Positions 7,501-18,115 of a stretch of DNA of 43,948 bases are shown here, piece after piece. Every line of letters begins with the position of its first letter. Within the stretch, counting starts at the first letter, position 1. The stretch is taken from sequence record SRR2962707_3714; one strand, given 5' to 3'. Position numbers and translations under genes: made by a program. Below the pieces are notes generated by a model that was not told where the DNA came from, did no database searches, and saw nothing but the letters and a program-made list of their open reading frames with translations.

Positions 7501-8676
7501 ATGACCAACGTCGTTATTGCATCAGCCGCCCGCACCGCGGTTGGTAGTTTTGGGGGCTCATTTGCCAATACACCAGCGCATGATCTTGGCGCAGCCGTTT
7601 TACGCGCCTTAATCGAACGCGCTGGCGTCGATGGCAGCGAAGTCTCCGAGACCATTCTTGGTCAGGTACTGACAGCTGCTCAGGGGCAAAACCCGGCACG
7701 CCAAGCTCACATCAATGCGGGTCTTCCGAAAGAAGCGTCAGCTTGGGGATTGAACCAAGTCTGTGGTTCCGGTTTGCGTGCGGTTGCCCTAGGTGCTCAA
7801 TCTATCCAGCTTGGTGATGCAGATATCATCTGTGCCGGTGGACAAGAAAACATGACGCTGAGCCCACACGCTGCAAACCTGCGCGCAGGCCACAAAATGG
7901 GCGATATGAAATATATCGACACGATGATCCGCGATGGTCTGTGGGATGCCTTCAATGGGTATCACATGGGTCAAACCGCTGAGAACGTGGCTGCCCAGTG
8001 GCAGATCAGCCGTGAAATGCAGGACGAATTTGCCGTCGCATCTCAGAACAAGGCCGAAGCCGCACAGCTTGCCGGCAAGTTTGACGACGAAGTCATTCCT
8101 TTCACGATCAAAACCCGCAAGGGCGAAACGATTGTCGATAAAGACGAATACATCCGTCACGGCGCGACTCTTGCTGGTATGCAAAAGCTTCGCCCTGCCT
8201 TTACTAAGGAAGGCACGGTCACGGCGGCTAACGCTTCCGGCCTGAACGACGGCGCGGCCGGAGTCTTGTTGATGTCTGCTGATAATGCTGAAAAGCGTGG
8301 GATCAAGCCGATGGGGCGCATTGCCTCTTATGCAACTGCTGGCCTTGATCCGTCTATCATGGGCGTTGGCCCGATCTATGCAAGCCGCAAAGCTTTGGAA
8401 AAAGCGGGTTGGAAAGCTGAAGACCTGGATCTAGTGGAAGCCAACGAAGCTTTCGCTGCACAGGCTTGTGCCGTGAACAAGGACATGGGCTGGGATCCTG
8501 CCATTGTGAACGTCAACGGCGGCGCAATCGCTATTGGTCACCCAATCGGTGCCTCGGGCGCGCGCGTGTTGAACACGCTGCTGTTCGAAATGCAGCGCCG
8601 CGACGCCAAGAAGGGTCTCGCGACACTTTGTATTGGTGGTGGAATGGGCGTCGCGCTTTGCATTGAGCGCGATTGA
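7501..8676 (+). CDS. phaA: Acetyl-CoA C-acetyltransferase (beta-ketothiolase)
   Basis: [27 protein letters not shown]. Confidence 0.98.
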   Translation: MTNVVIASAARTAVGSFGGSFANTPAHDLGAAVLRALIERAGVDGSEVSETILGQVLTAAQGQNPARQAHINAGLPKEASAWGLNQVCGSGLRAVALGAQSIQLGDADIICAGGQENMTLSPHAANLRAGHKMGDMKYIDTMIRDGLWDAFNGYHMGQTAENVAAQWQISREMQDEFAVASQNKAEAAQLAGKFDDEVIPFTIKTRKGETIVDKDEYIRHGATLAGMQKLRPAFTKEGTVTAANASGLNDGAAGVLLMSADNAEKRGIKPMGRIASYATAGLDPSIMGVGPIYASRKALEKAGWKAEDLDLVEANEAFAAQACAVNKDMGWDPAIVNVNGGAIAIGHPIGASGARVLNTLLFEMQRRDAKKGLATLCIGGGMGVALCIERD

Positions 8677-8687
8677 TTAGCTTAACA

Positions 8688-8714
8688 AAATGGGGCGCGT
8701 TTTGCGCCCCATTT
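8688..8714 (+). terminator. Hairpin between phaA and phaB
   Basis: AAATGGGGCGC-gtttt-GCGCCCCATTT. Confidence 0.7.
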
Positions 8715-8832
8715 ATGTTTGTCCATAGTGACGTGAAGGCTAAATTAAACCTTCCCTTCGCGCAATATTATTGCAAGAATGACCTTGTGTGGGTTTCATA
8801 ATTGCCCAAAGAGCATTGACTGGAGAAAGAAC

Positions 8833-9555
8833 ATGGCAAGAGTAGCACTCGTTACCGGGGGGAGCCGAGGTATCGGCGAAGCAATTTCAAAAGCGCTGCA
8901 AGCGCAGGGTTGTGCAGTTGCCGCGACATATGCTGGGAATGACGAGAAAGCCGCCGCCTTTACTGAGGCCACTGGTATCAAGACGTATAAATGGAACGTT
9001 GCAGATTACGAAGCCAGCCAAGCCGGCATTGCTCAGGTCGAGGCAGATCTCGGACCAATCGACATCGTCGTTGCCAACGCTGGAATCACCCGCGACGCGC
9101 CTTTTCACAAAATGACGCCACAGCAGTGGAATGAAGTTATCGATACAAACCTGACGGGCGTTTTCAATACAGTTCATCCGGTTTGGTCAGGCATGCGTGA
9201 GCGGAAATTCGGTCGCGTTGTGGTCATCAGCTCGATCAATGGCCAAAAAGGTCAATTTGCTCAGGCGAACTATGCCGCGACGAAAGCCGGTGATTTGGGA
9301 ATTATCAAATCTCTGGCCCAAGAGGGTGCACGCGCCGGCATTACGGCCAATGCGGTTTGCCCAGGCTACATTGCAACAGAAATGGTCATGGCTGTTCCTG
9401 AAAAGGTACGGGAATCCATTATCGGTCAGATTCCAGCAGGCCGTTTGGGTGAGCCAGAAGAAATCGCGCGCTGCGTTGCCTTCCTTGCGTCTGACGATGC
9501 TGGGTTTATCAACGGATCCACGATCTCTGCGAATGGTGCGCAGTTCTTCGTATAA
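8833..9555 (+). CDS. phaB: Acetoacetyl-CoA reductase
   Basis: TGGSRGIG, NAGITRD, SSINGQKGQFAQANYAATK; follows phaA; GGAG RBS. Confidence 0.97.
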   Translation: MARVALVTGGSRGIGEAISKALQAQGCAVAATYAGNDEKAAAFTEATGIKTYKWNVADYEASQAGIAQVEADLGPIDIVVANAGITRDAPFHKMTPQQWNEVIDTNLTGVFNTVHPVWSGMRERKFGRVVVISSINGQKGQFAQANYAATKAGDLGIIKSLAQEGARAGITANAVCPGYIATEMVMAVPEKVRESIIGQIPAGRLGEPEEIARCVAFLASDDAGFINGSTISANGAQFFV

Positions 9556-9576
9556 AAACGATCAAAATTTTGATCG

Positions 9577-9604
9577 AAAGGGCCAGTTTTTAACTGGCCT
9601 TTTT
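9577..9604 (+). terminator. Terminator after phaB (possibly bidirectional)
   Basis: GGCCAGTT-ttt-AACTGGCC followed by TTTTT. Confidence 0.75.
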
Positions 9605-9681
9605 GCGTTCTTAAAGATGCGTCGTATCAAGTGGGTGGTTATGCCGATCTATCGCACAACCACCAGATTTCATTCGATAGC

Positions 9682-9846
9682 CTAGGAAGACAGTCGTTCA
9701 ATTTCTTCTTTTAGTCGGAGTTTTTGTTTCTTAAGAGCGGCGATTTGAAGGGCATCAATAGCGGGTGCCCGCTGTGCGCTTTCCACTTCATCAGACAGAT
9801 TAGTGTGTTTCTTCTTCAGTTCCTGCAAGTGCGAACTCAAGCTCAT
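9682..9846 (-). CDS. YdcH/DUF465 family small protein (54 aa)
   Basis: Manual translation MSLSSHLQELKKKHTNLSDEV...LKKQKLRLKEEIERLSS; AGGAGG RBS; below ORF-track cutoff. Confidence 0.92.
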   Translation of the reverse strand: MSLSSHLQELKKKHTNLSDEVESAQRAPAIDALQIAALKKQKLRLKEEIERLSS

Positions 9847-9974
9847 TCAAATCCTCCTTTTTAATGTGTGGTAAAGATAGTCGACCATAAAAAATCGGAC
9901 CTGTCACGCTGCAGGCGCATCCTTGGGGGGAGAAAGTAGCTCGCAATGCGCTAAAAATTGCCGAAAAAAGTGGC

Positions 9975-10748
9975 CTACGACGGAAAATAAAGCGGTTTTC
10001 CCAGACGAAGGGCTTCAGAAACTATCGGTGTGTAGCTGTCACCATCTGTTTCATGTTTGTCGCCAATGTGCATGAGAACGGGGGAATGTAGCCGAAATGG
10101 CGCTTTCCCATTCTTTCGGGCCCTTACAAGAACAAGCCGCGCCGGGCGGCTTACACGGGGTGCAAGCGGCAAAACTTCTATGGACCCAAATCGGTGGTCG
10201 AAAGCCGACAGGAGATCTGGGAGACGTTCGGCCCCGTAGATGAAGGTCATAGTTCCGCCGACGCGAAGACGCGCAGATGCGACTTCGGCCCATGTTTGCA
10301 AGGGTGTGTCCTCTGCCATCCCTTGTTCACGGCCCTCATCTCGAGAGGCCGTGCGCGCCCTCGGATCAAAATAGGGTGGATTGGCGATAATGTGATGTGC
10401 CTGGATTTGGCGTAGCTCTGATGGCAACGCGTCGAGGTCAGCACAATAAACTTCGGCGGGGATCGCGTTCTCAGCGGCGTTGCGGCGTGCCAGATCGGCG
10501 TATCCCAGTTGTCGTTCTACACCGATCAGCCGAATCTCAGGAACGCGAGTCGCTAAGCAAAGCATTGCTGTGCCAACACCACAGCCTAAATCGATGACAA
10601 TTTCTTGTGACTTTGCCGGAACCGTCGCTGCCAAAAGAACTGGATCAATGCCAGCGCGATACCCGTTTTTGGGTTGAAAAAGGTGCAAGCGCCCACCTAA
10701 AAACGCGTCGCGCGTTAAATCGGCTACGTCAAACGGCTCATTTTGCAA
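9975..10748 (-). CDS. tRNA1(Val) A37 N6-methyltransferase-like protein (TrmN6/YfiC family); start uncertain
   Basis: QPKNGYRAGIDPVLLA, DLGCGVG, ANPPYF. Confidence 0.88.
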   Translation of the reverse strand: MQNEPFDVADLTRDAFLGGRLHLFQPKNGYRAGIDPVLLAATVPAKSQEIVIDLGCGVGTAMLCLATRVPEIRLIGVERQLGYADLARRNAAENAIPAEVYCADLDALPSELRQIQAHHIIANPPYFDPRARTASRDEGREQGMAEDTPLQTWAEVASARLRVGGTMTFIYGAERLPDLLSAFDHRFGSIEVLPLAPRVSRPARLVLVRARKNGKAPFRLHSPVLMHIGDKHETDGDSYTPIVSEALRLGKPLYFPS

Positions 10749-10953
10749 TGTCGACACCGAAATCCAGCAAAATTCGCTTCGCTTGGGCAAGCTCGTCTCG
10801 GCGCACCATCAATCGACGTGGCAATATGCCAATGGAGCCTTCTAGAACGCTCATATTTACGTCCATTTCAAAGCTGGCTATACCCTGATCCTCAAGTAGG
10901 GTCTGGGCTAACGGGATCAAGGTGATGTCGTTTGTGCGTAGTAGCTCTTCCAT
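10738..10953 (-). CDS. DUF2007 family protein
   Basis: MEELLRTND...DVNMSVLEGSIGILPRRLMV; usual position between ispB and the methyltransferase. Confidence 0.88.
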   Translation of the reverse strand: MEELLRTNDITLIPLAQTLLEDQGIASFEMDVNMSVLEGSIGILPRRLMVRRDELAQAKRILLDFGVDIAK

Positions 10954-11008
10954 GGTGAGGATGTAAGGACAAGGGGGGCGGTTTGTCGACCCTTGTTACA
11001 GGAGTGTG

Positions 11009-12010
11009 ATGAGCTTGGATAATTCTTCGATCAAGCCGCATGACAAGTTGGCGGCGGCGCTGGCTGACGATATGCGTTCTGTGAATGCTTTGATTCGTGA
11101 AAGAATGGCATCAAAGCATGCGCCCAGAATTCCAGAGGTGACTGCGCATTTGGTCGAAGCAGGCGGCAAGCGGCTTCGTCCCATGCTGACTCTGGCCTCT
11201 GCGCGGATGTGTGGATACGAGGGCGAGGATCATGTGAAACTTGCCGCAACTGTGGAGTTTATTCACACCGCGACGTTACTTCATGACGACGTGGTTGATG
11301 AAAGTAGCCAGCGGCGCGGGCGGCCAACCGCCAATTTATTGTGGGACAATACGTCGAGTATTCTGGTCGGGGATTACCTGTTCGCGCGTTCGTTCCAGTT
11401 GATGGTGGAAACGGGTGAGCTGCGGGTCTTGGATATTCTGGCCAATGCGTCGGCAACGATTGCTGAAGGCGAAGTGCTTCAGCTGACAGCGGCACAAGAT
11501 CTCAAGACGGACGAAAACATTTATCTTCAGGTCGTCCGCGGAAAAACAGCGGCTTTGTTTTCAGCGGCAACCCAGGTTGGCGGCGTAATCAGTGGCGCCC
11601 CAGAAGAACAGATCGCTGCTCTTTTTGACTATGGCGACTCGTTGGGCATTGCCTTCCAGATTGTGGATGACCTTCTGGATTATCAGGGAGATGCGAAATC
11701 TACAGGTAAAAATGTCGGCGATGATTTCCGTGAACGAAAGCTGACCTTGCCGGTGATCAAGGCAGTGGCCTTGGCAGAAGAGGATGAGCTGGCTTTCTGG
11801 AAGCGGACCATTGAAAAGGGTGACCAGAAAGACGGTGATCTGGATCACGCTCTGTTTCTCTTGAACAAACATGGCACGTTGGAAGCCACTCGTCAGGACG
11901 CTTTGGCTTGGACGGAAAAAGCTAAAACCTCGATCGCCACGCTTCCGGAAACAGCGTTTCGTGACATGTTGACGGATTTGGCGGATTACGTTGTCGCGCG
12001 CGTTAGCTAA
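11009..12010 (+). CDS. ispB: Long-chain polyprenyl (octa-/decaprenyl) diphosphate synthase
   Basis: GGKRLRP, LLHDDVVD..RRG (FARM), FQIVDDLLD (SARM). Confidence 0.95.
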   Translation: MSLDNSSIKPHDKLAAALADDMRSVNALIRERMASKHAPRIPEVTAHLVEAGGKRLRPMLTLASARMCGYEGEDHVKLAATVEFIHTATLLHDDVVDESSQRRGRPTANLLWDNTSSILVGDYLFARSFQLMVETGELRVLDILANASATIAEGEVLQLTAAQDLKTDENIYLQVVRGKTAALFSAATQVGGVISGAPEEQIAALFDYGDSLGIAFQIVDDLLDYQGDAKSTGKNVGDDFRERKLTLPVIKAVALAEEDELAFWKRTIEKGDQKDGDLDHALFLLNKHGTLEATRQDALAWTEKAKTSIATLPETAFRDMLTDLADYVVARVS

Positions 12011-12016
12011 CGTAGC

Positions 12017-12856
12017 TTAGACGGGATTTGCGCTGCCAAGAGTGCAGGCCTTGACCCACCAGTTGGGGTGGGCCTGCAAAATGCGGTCGGCGGCTAGAGC
12101 CGCAAGTTCCTGTGTGGCGTAAAGACCATAGCAGGTTGCGCCCGAGCCGGACATCCGGGCCAGCAGGCTGTCCGACAATTGCATCAAAACATCGTTGATT
12201 TCGGGGGCAAGCTGGCAAGCGGGGGTTTGAAGGTCATTGCGCCGTTCGGCCAGCCATTTTGCTGCGTCCTCAACGGTTTGCAGCAACGGGATGACGTTCG
12301 GCATCGGCGCGTTGGTTTTTTGGACCAGCTTCTTGAAAACCGGGGGTGTTTCGACAGAAACGCCCGGATTGACCAGAACGGCGGGCAGGCTGGGAAAACC
12401 GTCAACTGCTGTGACATATTCCCCAACGCCTTGCATGCGAACGGGCCGCGGATCCAAACAAACCGGCACATCTGCGCCCAGACTAACGGTGTTTTTCGGA
12501 ACCGGAAGCGACCAAAGCTGCGATAACGCTCGGATTGCTGCGGCCGCATCAGAGGACCCTCCGCCAATGCCCGCAGCAGCCGGTAGCCTTTTGGTTAAAC
12601 GGATTGCAGCAGACTTGTCTGGTGACAGAAGCCTCGCGGCTTGAATAACCAGATTTTTTGCATCTGTAGGAACCCCGAGGGAAAGGGGGCCATCGACGTC
12701 CAATGACAACGATGCGCTCGGCGCCGCAGACAGTGTGTCGCCAAAATCCGCAAAAACCACCAGTGAATCGAGCAGATGGTACCCATCTGCCCGTTGTCCT
12801 GTAACGTGGAGTGTTAGATTGATCTTTGCAGGAGCAAACGCCTTAATTGTTGTCAT
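12017..12856 (-). CDS. ispE: 4-diphosphocytidyl-2-C-methyl-D-erythritol kinase
   Basis: APAKINLTL, DGYHLLDS, KRLPAAAGIGGGSSDAAA, LGADVPVC, MSGSGATC. Confidence 0.97.
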   Translation of the reverse strand: MTTIKAFAPAKINLTLHVTGQRADGYHLLDSLVVFADFGDTLSAAPSASLSLDVDGPLSLGVPTDAKNLVIQAARLLSPDKSAAIRLTKRLPAAAGIGGGSSDAAAAIRALSQLWSLPVPKNTVSLGADVPVCLDPRPVRMQGVGEYVTAVDGFPSLPAVLVNPGVSVETPPVFKKLVQKTNAPMPNVIPLLQTVEDAAKWLAERRNDLQTPACQLAPEINDVLMQLSDSLLARMSGSGATCYGLYATQELAALAADRILQAHPNWWVKACTLGSANPV

Positions 12857-14579
12857 TTGCCATCGACAGGGGAGCCGCGCCTTCTTCTTCCAGAACTTTG
12901 TCTAAACCAACTTCGAGTTTCTTGCGAATGCGGGCGGCTTGCACTTCTTCTGCGGTGGATTGACGATCAGCAAAGGACAGGGCGCGCTTCCATTGAAACT
13001 GTGCTTCCAACGTACGACCAACGGCCCAATACACATCGCCCAAATGATCGTTCACAATTGGATCAATAGCCATCAACTCGGCGGCACGCTCCATATGGGG
13101 AACGGCTTCTTCGTAGCGGCCAAGCCGAAACAGGACCCAGCCGAGCGAGTCGACGATATAACCGCTGTTTGGACGGGCTGCGACAGCGCGCTCAATCATC
13201 TGCAAGGCTTCATCAAGATTGATTTGCTTTTCGACCATCGAATAGCCGAGATAGTTCAAGACCTGTGGCTGGTCGGGGCGCAGTTCCAACGCCCGGCGTA
13301 AATCGGCCTCTGCGTCGTTCCATTGGTCCAAGCGTTCGCGCGTGATTCCCCGGGCATAGTGGAGAAACCATTGCGATTGGTCTGGCTTGTCATAAAGCGC
13401 GATGGCCAGATCATAGGCTTCGGCGGCTTCTTCAAACCGTTCCAGCTGGCGTAAAGTGTCGGCGAGTGTTGAGTGAACAATCGGCATGTCTCCATGTGTT
13501 TCCGACAGCTGCTCTAATACGTCCACGGCATCTTCCACGCGTCCGCTGGCCCGTAATGCACCGGCGCGCCCCAACTCAGCCGCGTGAAAGGCGAAATCGT
13601 CCTGAGGAAGTGTCTGGTACACATCGACGGCAAGTTGAAACCGCCCGAGCTGCTCCAACAGCTCAGCCGTCATCAAGACCGCATCGGCGTGGTCGGGCCT
13701 AAGGTGCAGGGCAACTCTGGCGTAAAGGAGTGTAAAGTCGTCATCCGCATCATTGGAAATCGCCCCCGCAACAGAATAGAACACCTCGGCCAAGCCACTT
13801 CGAGGGCTTGGAATCATTGTGAAGGGCAAGGTTTCATCGGTTGTCAGCTGGCTGCGCATTGCTTTGAGGCCGGGGTCGAGCGGCGCGCCAAAAGATGTAT
13901 CAATTAGGGCGACGGCCTCGCTTGCACGATCCAGTTGGCTGAGAATCTCGGCGCGGGCCATGATGCCGCGGCGCGTGATCTGAAGGCCGCCCATTGTGTC
14001 GGCTGCGAATAATGTCTCAGACGCCTCGAAATCTCCGACCGAGGCGAGGGCAAGGGCCTTGTGATATTGCGCAAATCCCGCGAATCCGGGCTCTGTCCCC
14101 GCGTCGTCAAAGGCGTTTAAGGCGCCCTCCAGATCCCCTAGTCCCAATAGCACCCAGGCTTTGGACAGGCCGTTGACCAATGGGCCAACACCATCGGCAT
14201 TTGTGATTCTATCGAGCAGCCCCTGAAAATTCTCATCCGCCCCGAATTTGGCGGCATGAACCAACTGAGCGACTTGGCTTTTCTGACCTTGTTCTTCCAG
14301 GAGGACCGCTAGGGCAAAGGCTCTGTCAACGTCACCTATCGACAGGTAGGCGAGCGCCGCGCGCTCCAACAATTCGGCGCGGTCCGGGGCGTGGACCAGC
14401 GCGCGGTCAAAATACACAGCCGCTTTTTCAAAATGCTTGTCGGCGCCAGCCTGTCGGCCGGCAAGGTAAGAGCCGGACAAGCTATTTGCCGCGACAGGTC
14501 CGGACATGCCCAGAATTGCCGAAATCGCAAGAACAAGATATCTGCCGCGCACGCGCCTCTCCTTATTATATTTGGTCAA
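12843..14579 (-). CDS. Secreted TPR-repeat protein (start may be GTG 14552)
   Basis: Signal-peptide-like N-terminus; TPR repeats with LNYLGYS, DSLGWV, HLGDVYW; usual partner upstream of ispE. Confidence 0.9.
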   Translation of the reverse strand: MTKYNKERRVRGRYLVLAISAILGMSGPVAANSLSGSYLAGRQAGADKHFEKAAVYFDRALVHAPDRAELLERAALAYLSIGDVDRAFALAVLLEEQGQKSQVAQLVHAAKFGADENFQGLLDRITNADGVGPLVNGLSKAWVLLGLGDLEGALNAFDDAGTEPGFAGFAQYHKALALASVGDFEASETLFAADTMGGLQITRRGIMARAEILSQLDRASEAVALIDTSFGAPLDPGLKAMRSQLTTDETLPFTMIPSPRSGLAEVFYSVAGAISNDADDDFTLLYARVALHLRPDHADAVLMTAELLEQLGRFQLAVDVYQTLPQDDFAFHAAELGRAGALRASGRVEDAVDVLEQLSETHGDMPIVHSTLADTLRQLERFEEAAEAYDLAIALYDKPDQSQWFLHYARGITRERLDQWNDAEADLRRALELRPDQPQVLNYLGYSMVEKQINLDEALQMIERAVAARPNSGYIVDSLGWVLFRLGRYEEAVPHMERAAELMAIDPIVNDHLGDVYWAVGRTLEAQFQWKRALSFADRQSTAEEVQAARIRKKLEVGLDKVLEEEGAAPLSMANDNN

Positions 14580-14695
14580 AACCTAGACCGGGCCTCGTCT
14601 TGAAGCAATGCGATGACGGTAAATTCATAGTGTAGGCCAAAGTCCATGAATTTGGGCCAAAAGTCGAAGTATTTCAGAATATGTTGTTGGCTTGG

Positions 14696-14841
14696 TTGAC
14701 TCGGGGAGGAAAGCACATATAAGCGCCGCTTCATTGGTGTTGGTGGCTCCCGCAAGGGAATCCCTGTCATGCCGCAAGGCAAGAGGACAACGCCCTTCAT
14801 AGTGGCCCAGTTGGGCTTCGATCTAAAGAAGGAGATCAGCC
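14696..14841 (+). promoter_or_regulatory. sigma70 promoter (TTGACT-N16-TATAAG) and structured 5' leader of rpsD
   Basis: Two GCAA-tetraloop hairpins enclosed by GGTGTTG/CAACGCC, then GCCCA/TGGGC and a GATCT/AGATC hairpin around the RBS. Confidence 0.6.
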
Positions 14842-15462
14842 GTGACCAAACGCACGTCTGCCAAGTACAAAATTGACCGCCGGATGGGTGAAAACATCTG
14901 GGGTCGTCCGAAATCACCCGTAAACCGTCGTGAATATGGCCCCGGTCAGCACGGTCAGCGCCGTAAAGGCAAAATGTCTGACTTTGGTCTGCAGTTGCGC
15001 GCCAAGCAGAAGCTGAAAGGCTATTACGGCGATCTGACCGAAAAACAGTTCCGCCGCATCTTTACCGAAGCTGAGCGTGTTAAAGGCGACACAGGTGAAA
15101 ACCTGATCGGTTTGCTGGAGCGTCGTCTGGACGCCGTTGTTTACCGCGCCAAATTTGTTGCGACCGTTTTCGCAGCCCGCCAGTTTGTGAACCACGGTCA
15201 CGTTTTGGTTAACGGCAAGCGCGTCAACATCCCATCCTACCGCGTAAAAGAGGGTGATGTTGTAGAGGTTCGTGAGAAGTCGAAGCAAATCGCTGTTTTG
15301 CTTGAGGCCACTCAGCTGTCTGAGCGCGATGTTCCTGATTACATCGACGCAGATCACTCGAAAATGAAAGCGACGTTTGTTCGTCAGCCGGGCCTTGGCG
15401 ATGTGCCATATCCCGTTGTGATGGAACCAAACCTCGTGATCGAATATTACGCCCAGAACTAA
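14842..15462 (+). CDS. rpsD: 30S ribosomal protein S4
   Basis: [34 protein letters not shown]. Confidence 0.99.
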   Translation: MTKRTSAKYKIDRRMGENIWGRPKSPVNRREYGPGQHGQRRKGKMSDFGLQLRAKQKLKGYYGDLTEKQFRRIFTEAERVKGDTGENLIGLLERRLDAVVYRAKFVATVFAARQFVNHGHVLVNGKRVNIPSYRVKEGDVVEVREKSKQIAVLLEATQLSERDVPDYIDADHSKMKATFVRQPGLGDVPYPVVMEPNLVIEYYAQN

Positions 15463-15483
15463 TCTGGTCGACAATCGTTTTGG

Positions 15484-15515
15484 AAAAGGCCGTGCCCGCT
15501 GGGTGCGGCCTTTTT
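15484..15515 (+). terminator. Terminator after rpsD (likely bidirectional)
   Basis: AAAAGGCCGTGCCC-gct-GGGTGCGGCCTTTTT. Confidence 0.85.
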
Positions 15516-15537
15516 CGTTATCGCGTTTTTTGAGACA

Positions 15538-15927
15538 TCAATCGCCGGATTTTACCAGTTTTTCTGCCGTTTTGATCGATGTGTGAAATTGCATGATGTC
15601 GGGAATATTCCCTTCAATCCAATCCAGAAGCCCGCGAACGTGAATTGTCGCATCTCGCCCAAGAGGTGTTAAGCGATAGTCCACATGAGGAGGCACTTCT
15701 TGGTAGTCAGTACGCAGCACCAATCCGTAGGCTTCAAGATTGTTCAACGTTTGCGCCAGCATACGCTCGCTGATGCCCTCAATTCGGCGACGAAGCTCAG
15801 AAAACCGAAGTACATCGGTTTCCAAGGCCATCATTATTAATAAACCCCAACGACTGGTCATGTGCCGCAACACGTCACGTGACGGACAGTTCTGAGACAT
15901 CACGTCCCCTGGGCGTTCATTGTTCAT
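15538..15927 (-). CDS. HxlR/QorR-type (DUF24) winged-helix redox regulator
   Basis: NCPSRDVL, RWGLLI, RFSELRRRIEGISERMLAQTL, VPPHVDYRLT; divergent from a QorB-like gene. Confidence 0.92.
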   Translation of the reverse strand: MNNERPGDVMSQNCPSRDVLRHMTSRWGLLIMMALETDVLRFSELRRRIEGISERMLAQTLNNLEAYGLVLRTDYQEVPPHVDYRLTPLGRDATIHVRGLLDWIEGNIPDIMQFHTSIKTAEKLVKSGD

Positions 15928-15974
15928 GCGACACCTCTTTCTAAAATTTATAAGGGCATTCGAAACTTTCTTAC

Positions 15975-16009
15975 ACTAACATAAATGTATGTACTTACAT
16001 TTTGCAAGT
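15975..16009. promoter_or_regulatory. Tandem inverted repeats; putative QorR operator
   Basis: ACTAACAtaaaTGTATGT and ACTTACAtttTGCAAGT between the divergent genes. Confidence 0.6.
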
Positions 16010-16059
16010 GCGGCGGACTATTTGAATGTCATCACAAGATTGAATGAGGAATTTTGAAC

Positions 16060-16902
16060 ATGACAATCGCAGTAACCGGAGCCACTGGCCAACTTGGCCG
16101 CCATATCATCGAAGGTCTGAAAGCCAGCACATCAGAGCCAATCGTTGCTTTGGTCCGATCCCCTGAAAAAGCCGCAGAGTTGGGTGTTGAATTGCGCGTT
16201 GCGGATTACACCAAGCCCGAAACGCTTGCGCCGGCTTTGGCAGGTGTCGACACGCTTATGTTCATCTCGGCAAGCGATATTGGCCAGCGGGTGCAACAGC
16301 ACCTGTCAGTGATTGAGGCTGTCAAAACAGCGGGCGTAGGACATGTCGTTTACACCAGCCTGTTGAATGCTGATAAAACCGGTATCCCGTTTGCCCCCGA
16401 ACACACCGCAACCGAAGCAGCCATCAAAGAGAGCCGCGCAACTTTCACTTTGCTGCGCAACGGTTGGTATAGCGAAAACTACGTCGGCTCCTCGACTGGC
16501 GCGGTTGCCAATGGTGCCTTTGTTGGAAGTGCTGGCGATGGTCGAGTGTCCGGAGCAACCCGTGCCGACTATGCTGCAGCTGCCGTCAAAGTCCTGACCA
16601 CCGAAGGACACGAGAATAAGACCTATGAATTGGCCGGCGACATCGCCTTTACACTGACCGATCTTGCGGCGGAAATTTCCGCGCAAACCGGAAAAACGAT
16701 TCCCTATACAAACCTACCGGTTCCTGAATATGCGGCCATTCTGAAGACCGTAGGTTTGCCAGAAGAGATGGCAGAAATGTTCGCGGGGCTCGAGCTCTAT
16801 ACCGCTGCAGACGATCTGTATTCTGAAAGCAAAGAGCTAAGTCAGCTGATCGGCCGACCAACCACGCCTTTGGCGGATGTTGTTAAGGCTGTTCTTGCCT
16901 GA
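16060..16902 (+). CDS. qorB: NAD(P)H:quinone oxidoreductase, QorB/YtfG (atypical SDR, NmrA-like)
   Basis: IAVTGATGQLG, YTSLL, EHTATE, LRNGWYSENY, TYELAG. Confidence 0.88.
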   Translation: MTIAVTGATGQLGRHIIEGLKASTSEPIVALVRSPEKAAELGVELRVADYTKPETLAPALAGVDTLMFISASDIGQRVQQHLSVIEAVKTAGVGHVVYTSLLNADKTGIPFAPEHTATEAAIKESRATFTLLRNGWYSENYVGSSTGAVANGAFVGSAGDGRVSGATRADYAAAAVKVLTTEGHENKTYELAGDIAFTLTDLAAEISAQTGKTIPYTNLPVPEYAAILKTVGLPEEMAEMFAGLELYTAADDLYSESKELSQLIGRPTTPLADVVKAVLA

Positions 16903-17029
16903 TCTCAGTTAAACTGAGCCTTTCCGCGCACAGTTTCGCGTGGGAAGGCCTTTGACACTGGCACGTGGCGATCTTGCCGCTTTTCCTTGGGGACATGTCC
17001 CGATAAGACAGGCTCAAGGAGAGCCTGCT

Positions 17030-18115
17030 ATGACGAAGATCACACCTCAACCCGGTATTATGGACATCACTTTGTACATGGGCGGAAAAGCACATGTGGA
17101 CGGTGTCTCAAACGTGGTCAAGCTTAGCTCGAACGAAAACCCGTTCGGCCCAAGCCCAGCTGCCCAAGAAGCGGTCAAGCGCTCGGTGCACGAGCTGCAT
17201 CGCTATCCGTCCACAGATCACGCGGAATTGCGTGCCGCCATCGCGGATGTTCACGGGGTCGACGCCGAGCGGATTATTTGCGGTGTCGGTAGTGATGAAG
17301 TGATCCACTTTCTTTGTCAGGCCTACGCGGGTCCGGGCGACGAAGTTGTGCACACGGAACACGGGTTCGGCATGTACAAAATCAGTGCCAAGGCTGCCGG
17401 AGCCACGCCAGTCGAAGTCAAAGAACATGAACGCGTGACAGATGTCGACGCGCTGCTGGCTGGCTGCACCGAACGCACCAAACTTGTGTTTATTGCAAAC
17501 CCGAACAACCCGACCGGTACCATGATCGGATTGGCCGAAATCGAACGGTTGGCAGAGGGCATACCAGAGCAAGCGATCCTTGTGCTTGATGGCGCCTATG
17601 CGGATTATGTCGAAGGGTACGACGGTGGCGCAAAGCTTGTTGAAGCCCGTGATAACGTTGTGATGACGCGGACATTCTCCAAGATGTACGGTTTGGGGGG
17701 AATGCGGGTTGGCTGGGGCTATGGCCCGAAACCCATCATTGATGTTCTGAATCGCATCCGCGGGCCGTTTAACCTTTCCAATACCGCATTGGCGGCGGCC
17801 GAAGCCGCAGTTCGCGACTTGGCCTATGTCGAAAAATGTCGGGCTGAAAACACGCGTCTTCGGACCCTGTTGGCAGAAATGCTTGCGGAGCATGGTGTAC
17901 CTTCCGACACGTCGACGGCGAATTTCGTTCTTGCCCGCTTTGCCTCGCAAGACGAAGCCGAGGCCTGCGACGAGTATTTGCAATCGCAAGGGCTCTTGGT
18001 ACGTCGGGTTGCCGGATACAAATTGCCAAACGCACTGCGGATTACAGTTGGGGATGAGCCTAGCTGTCGCCGGGTCGCGCACGCCATCGGGCAGTTCAAG
18101 GCAGGCAAAATATGA
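17030..18115 (+). CDS. hisC: Histidinol-phosphate aminotransferase
   Basis: [42 protein letters not shown]. Confidence 0.96.
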   Translation: MTKITPQPGIMDITLYMGGKAHVDGVSNVVKLSSNENPFGPSPAAQEAVKRSVHELHRYPSTDHAELRAAIADVHGVDAERIICGVGSDEVIHFLCQAYAGPGDEVVHTEHGFGMYKISAKAAGATPVEVKEHERVTDVDALLAGCTERTKLVFIANPNNPTGTMIGLAEIERLAEGIPEQAILVLDGAYADYVEGYDGGAKLVEARDNVVMTRTFSKMYGLGGMRVGWGYGPKPIIDVLNRIRGPFNLSNTALAAAEAAVRDLAYVEKCRAENTRLRTLLAEMLAEHGVPSDTSTANFVLARFASQDEAEACDEYLQSQGLLVRRVAGYKLPNALRITVGDEPSCRRVAHAIGQFKAGKI

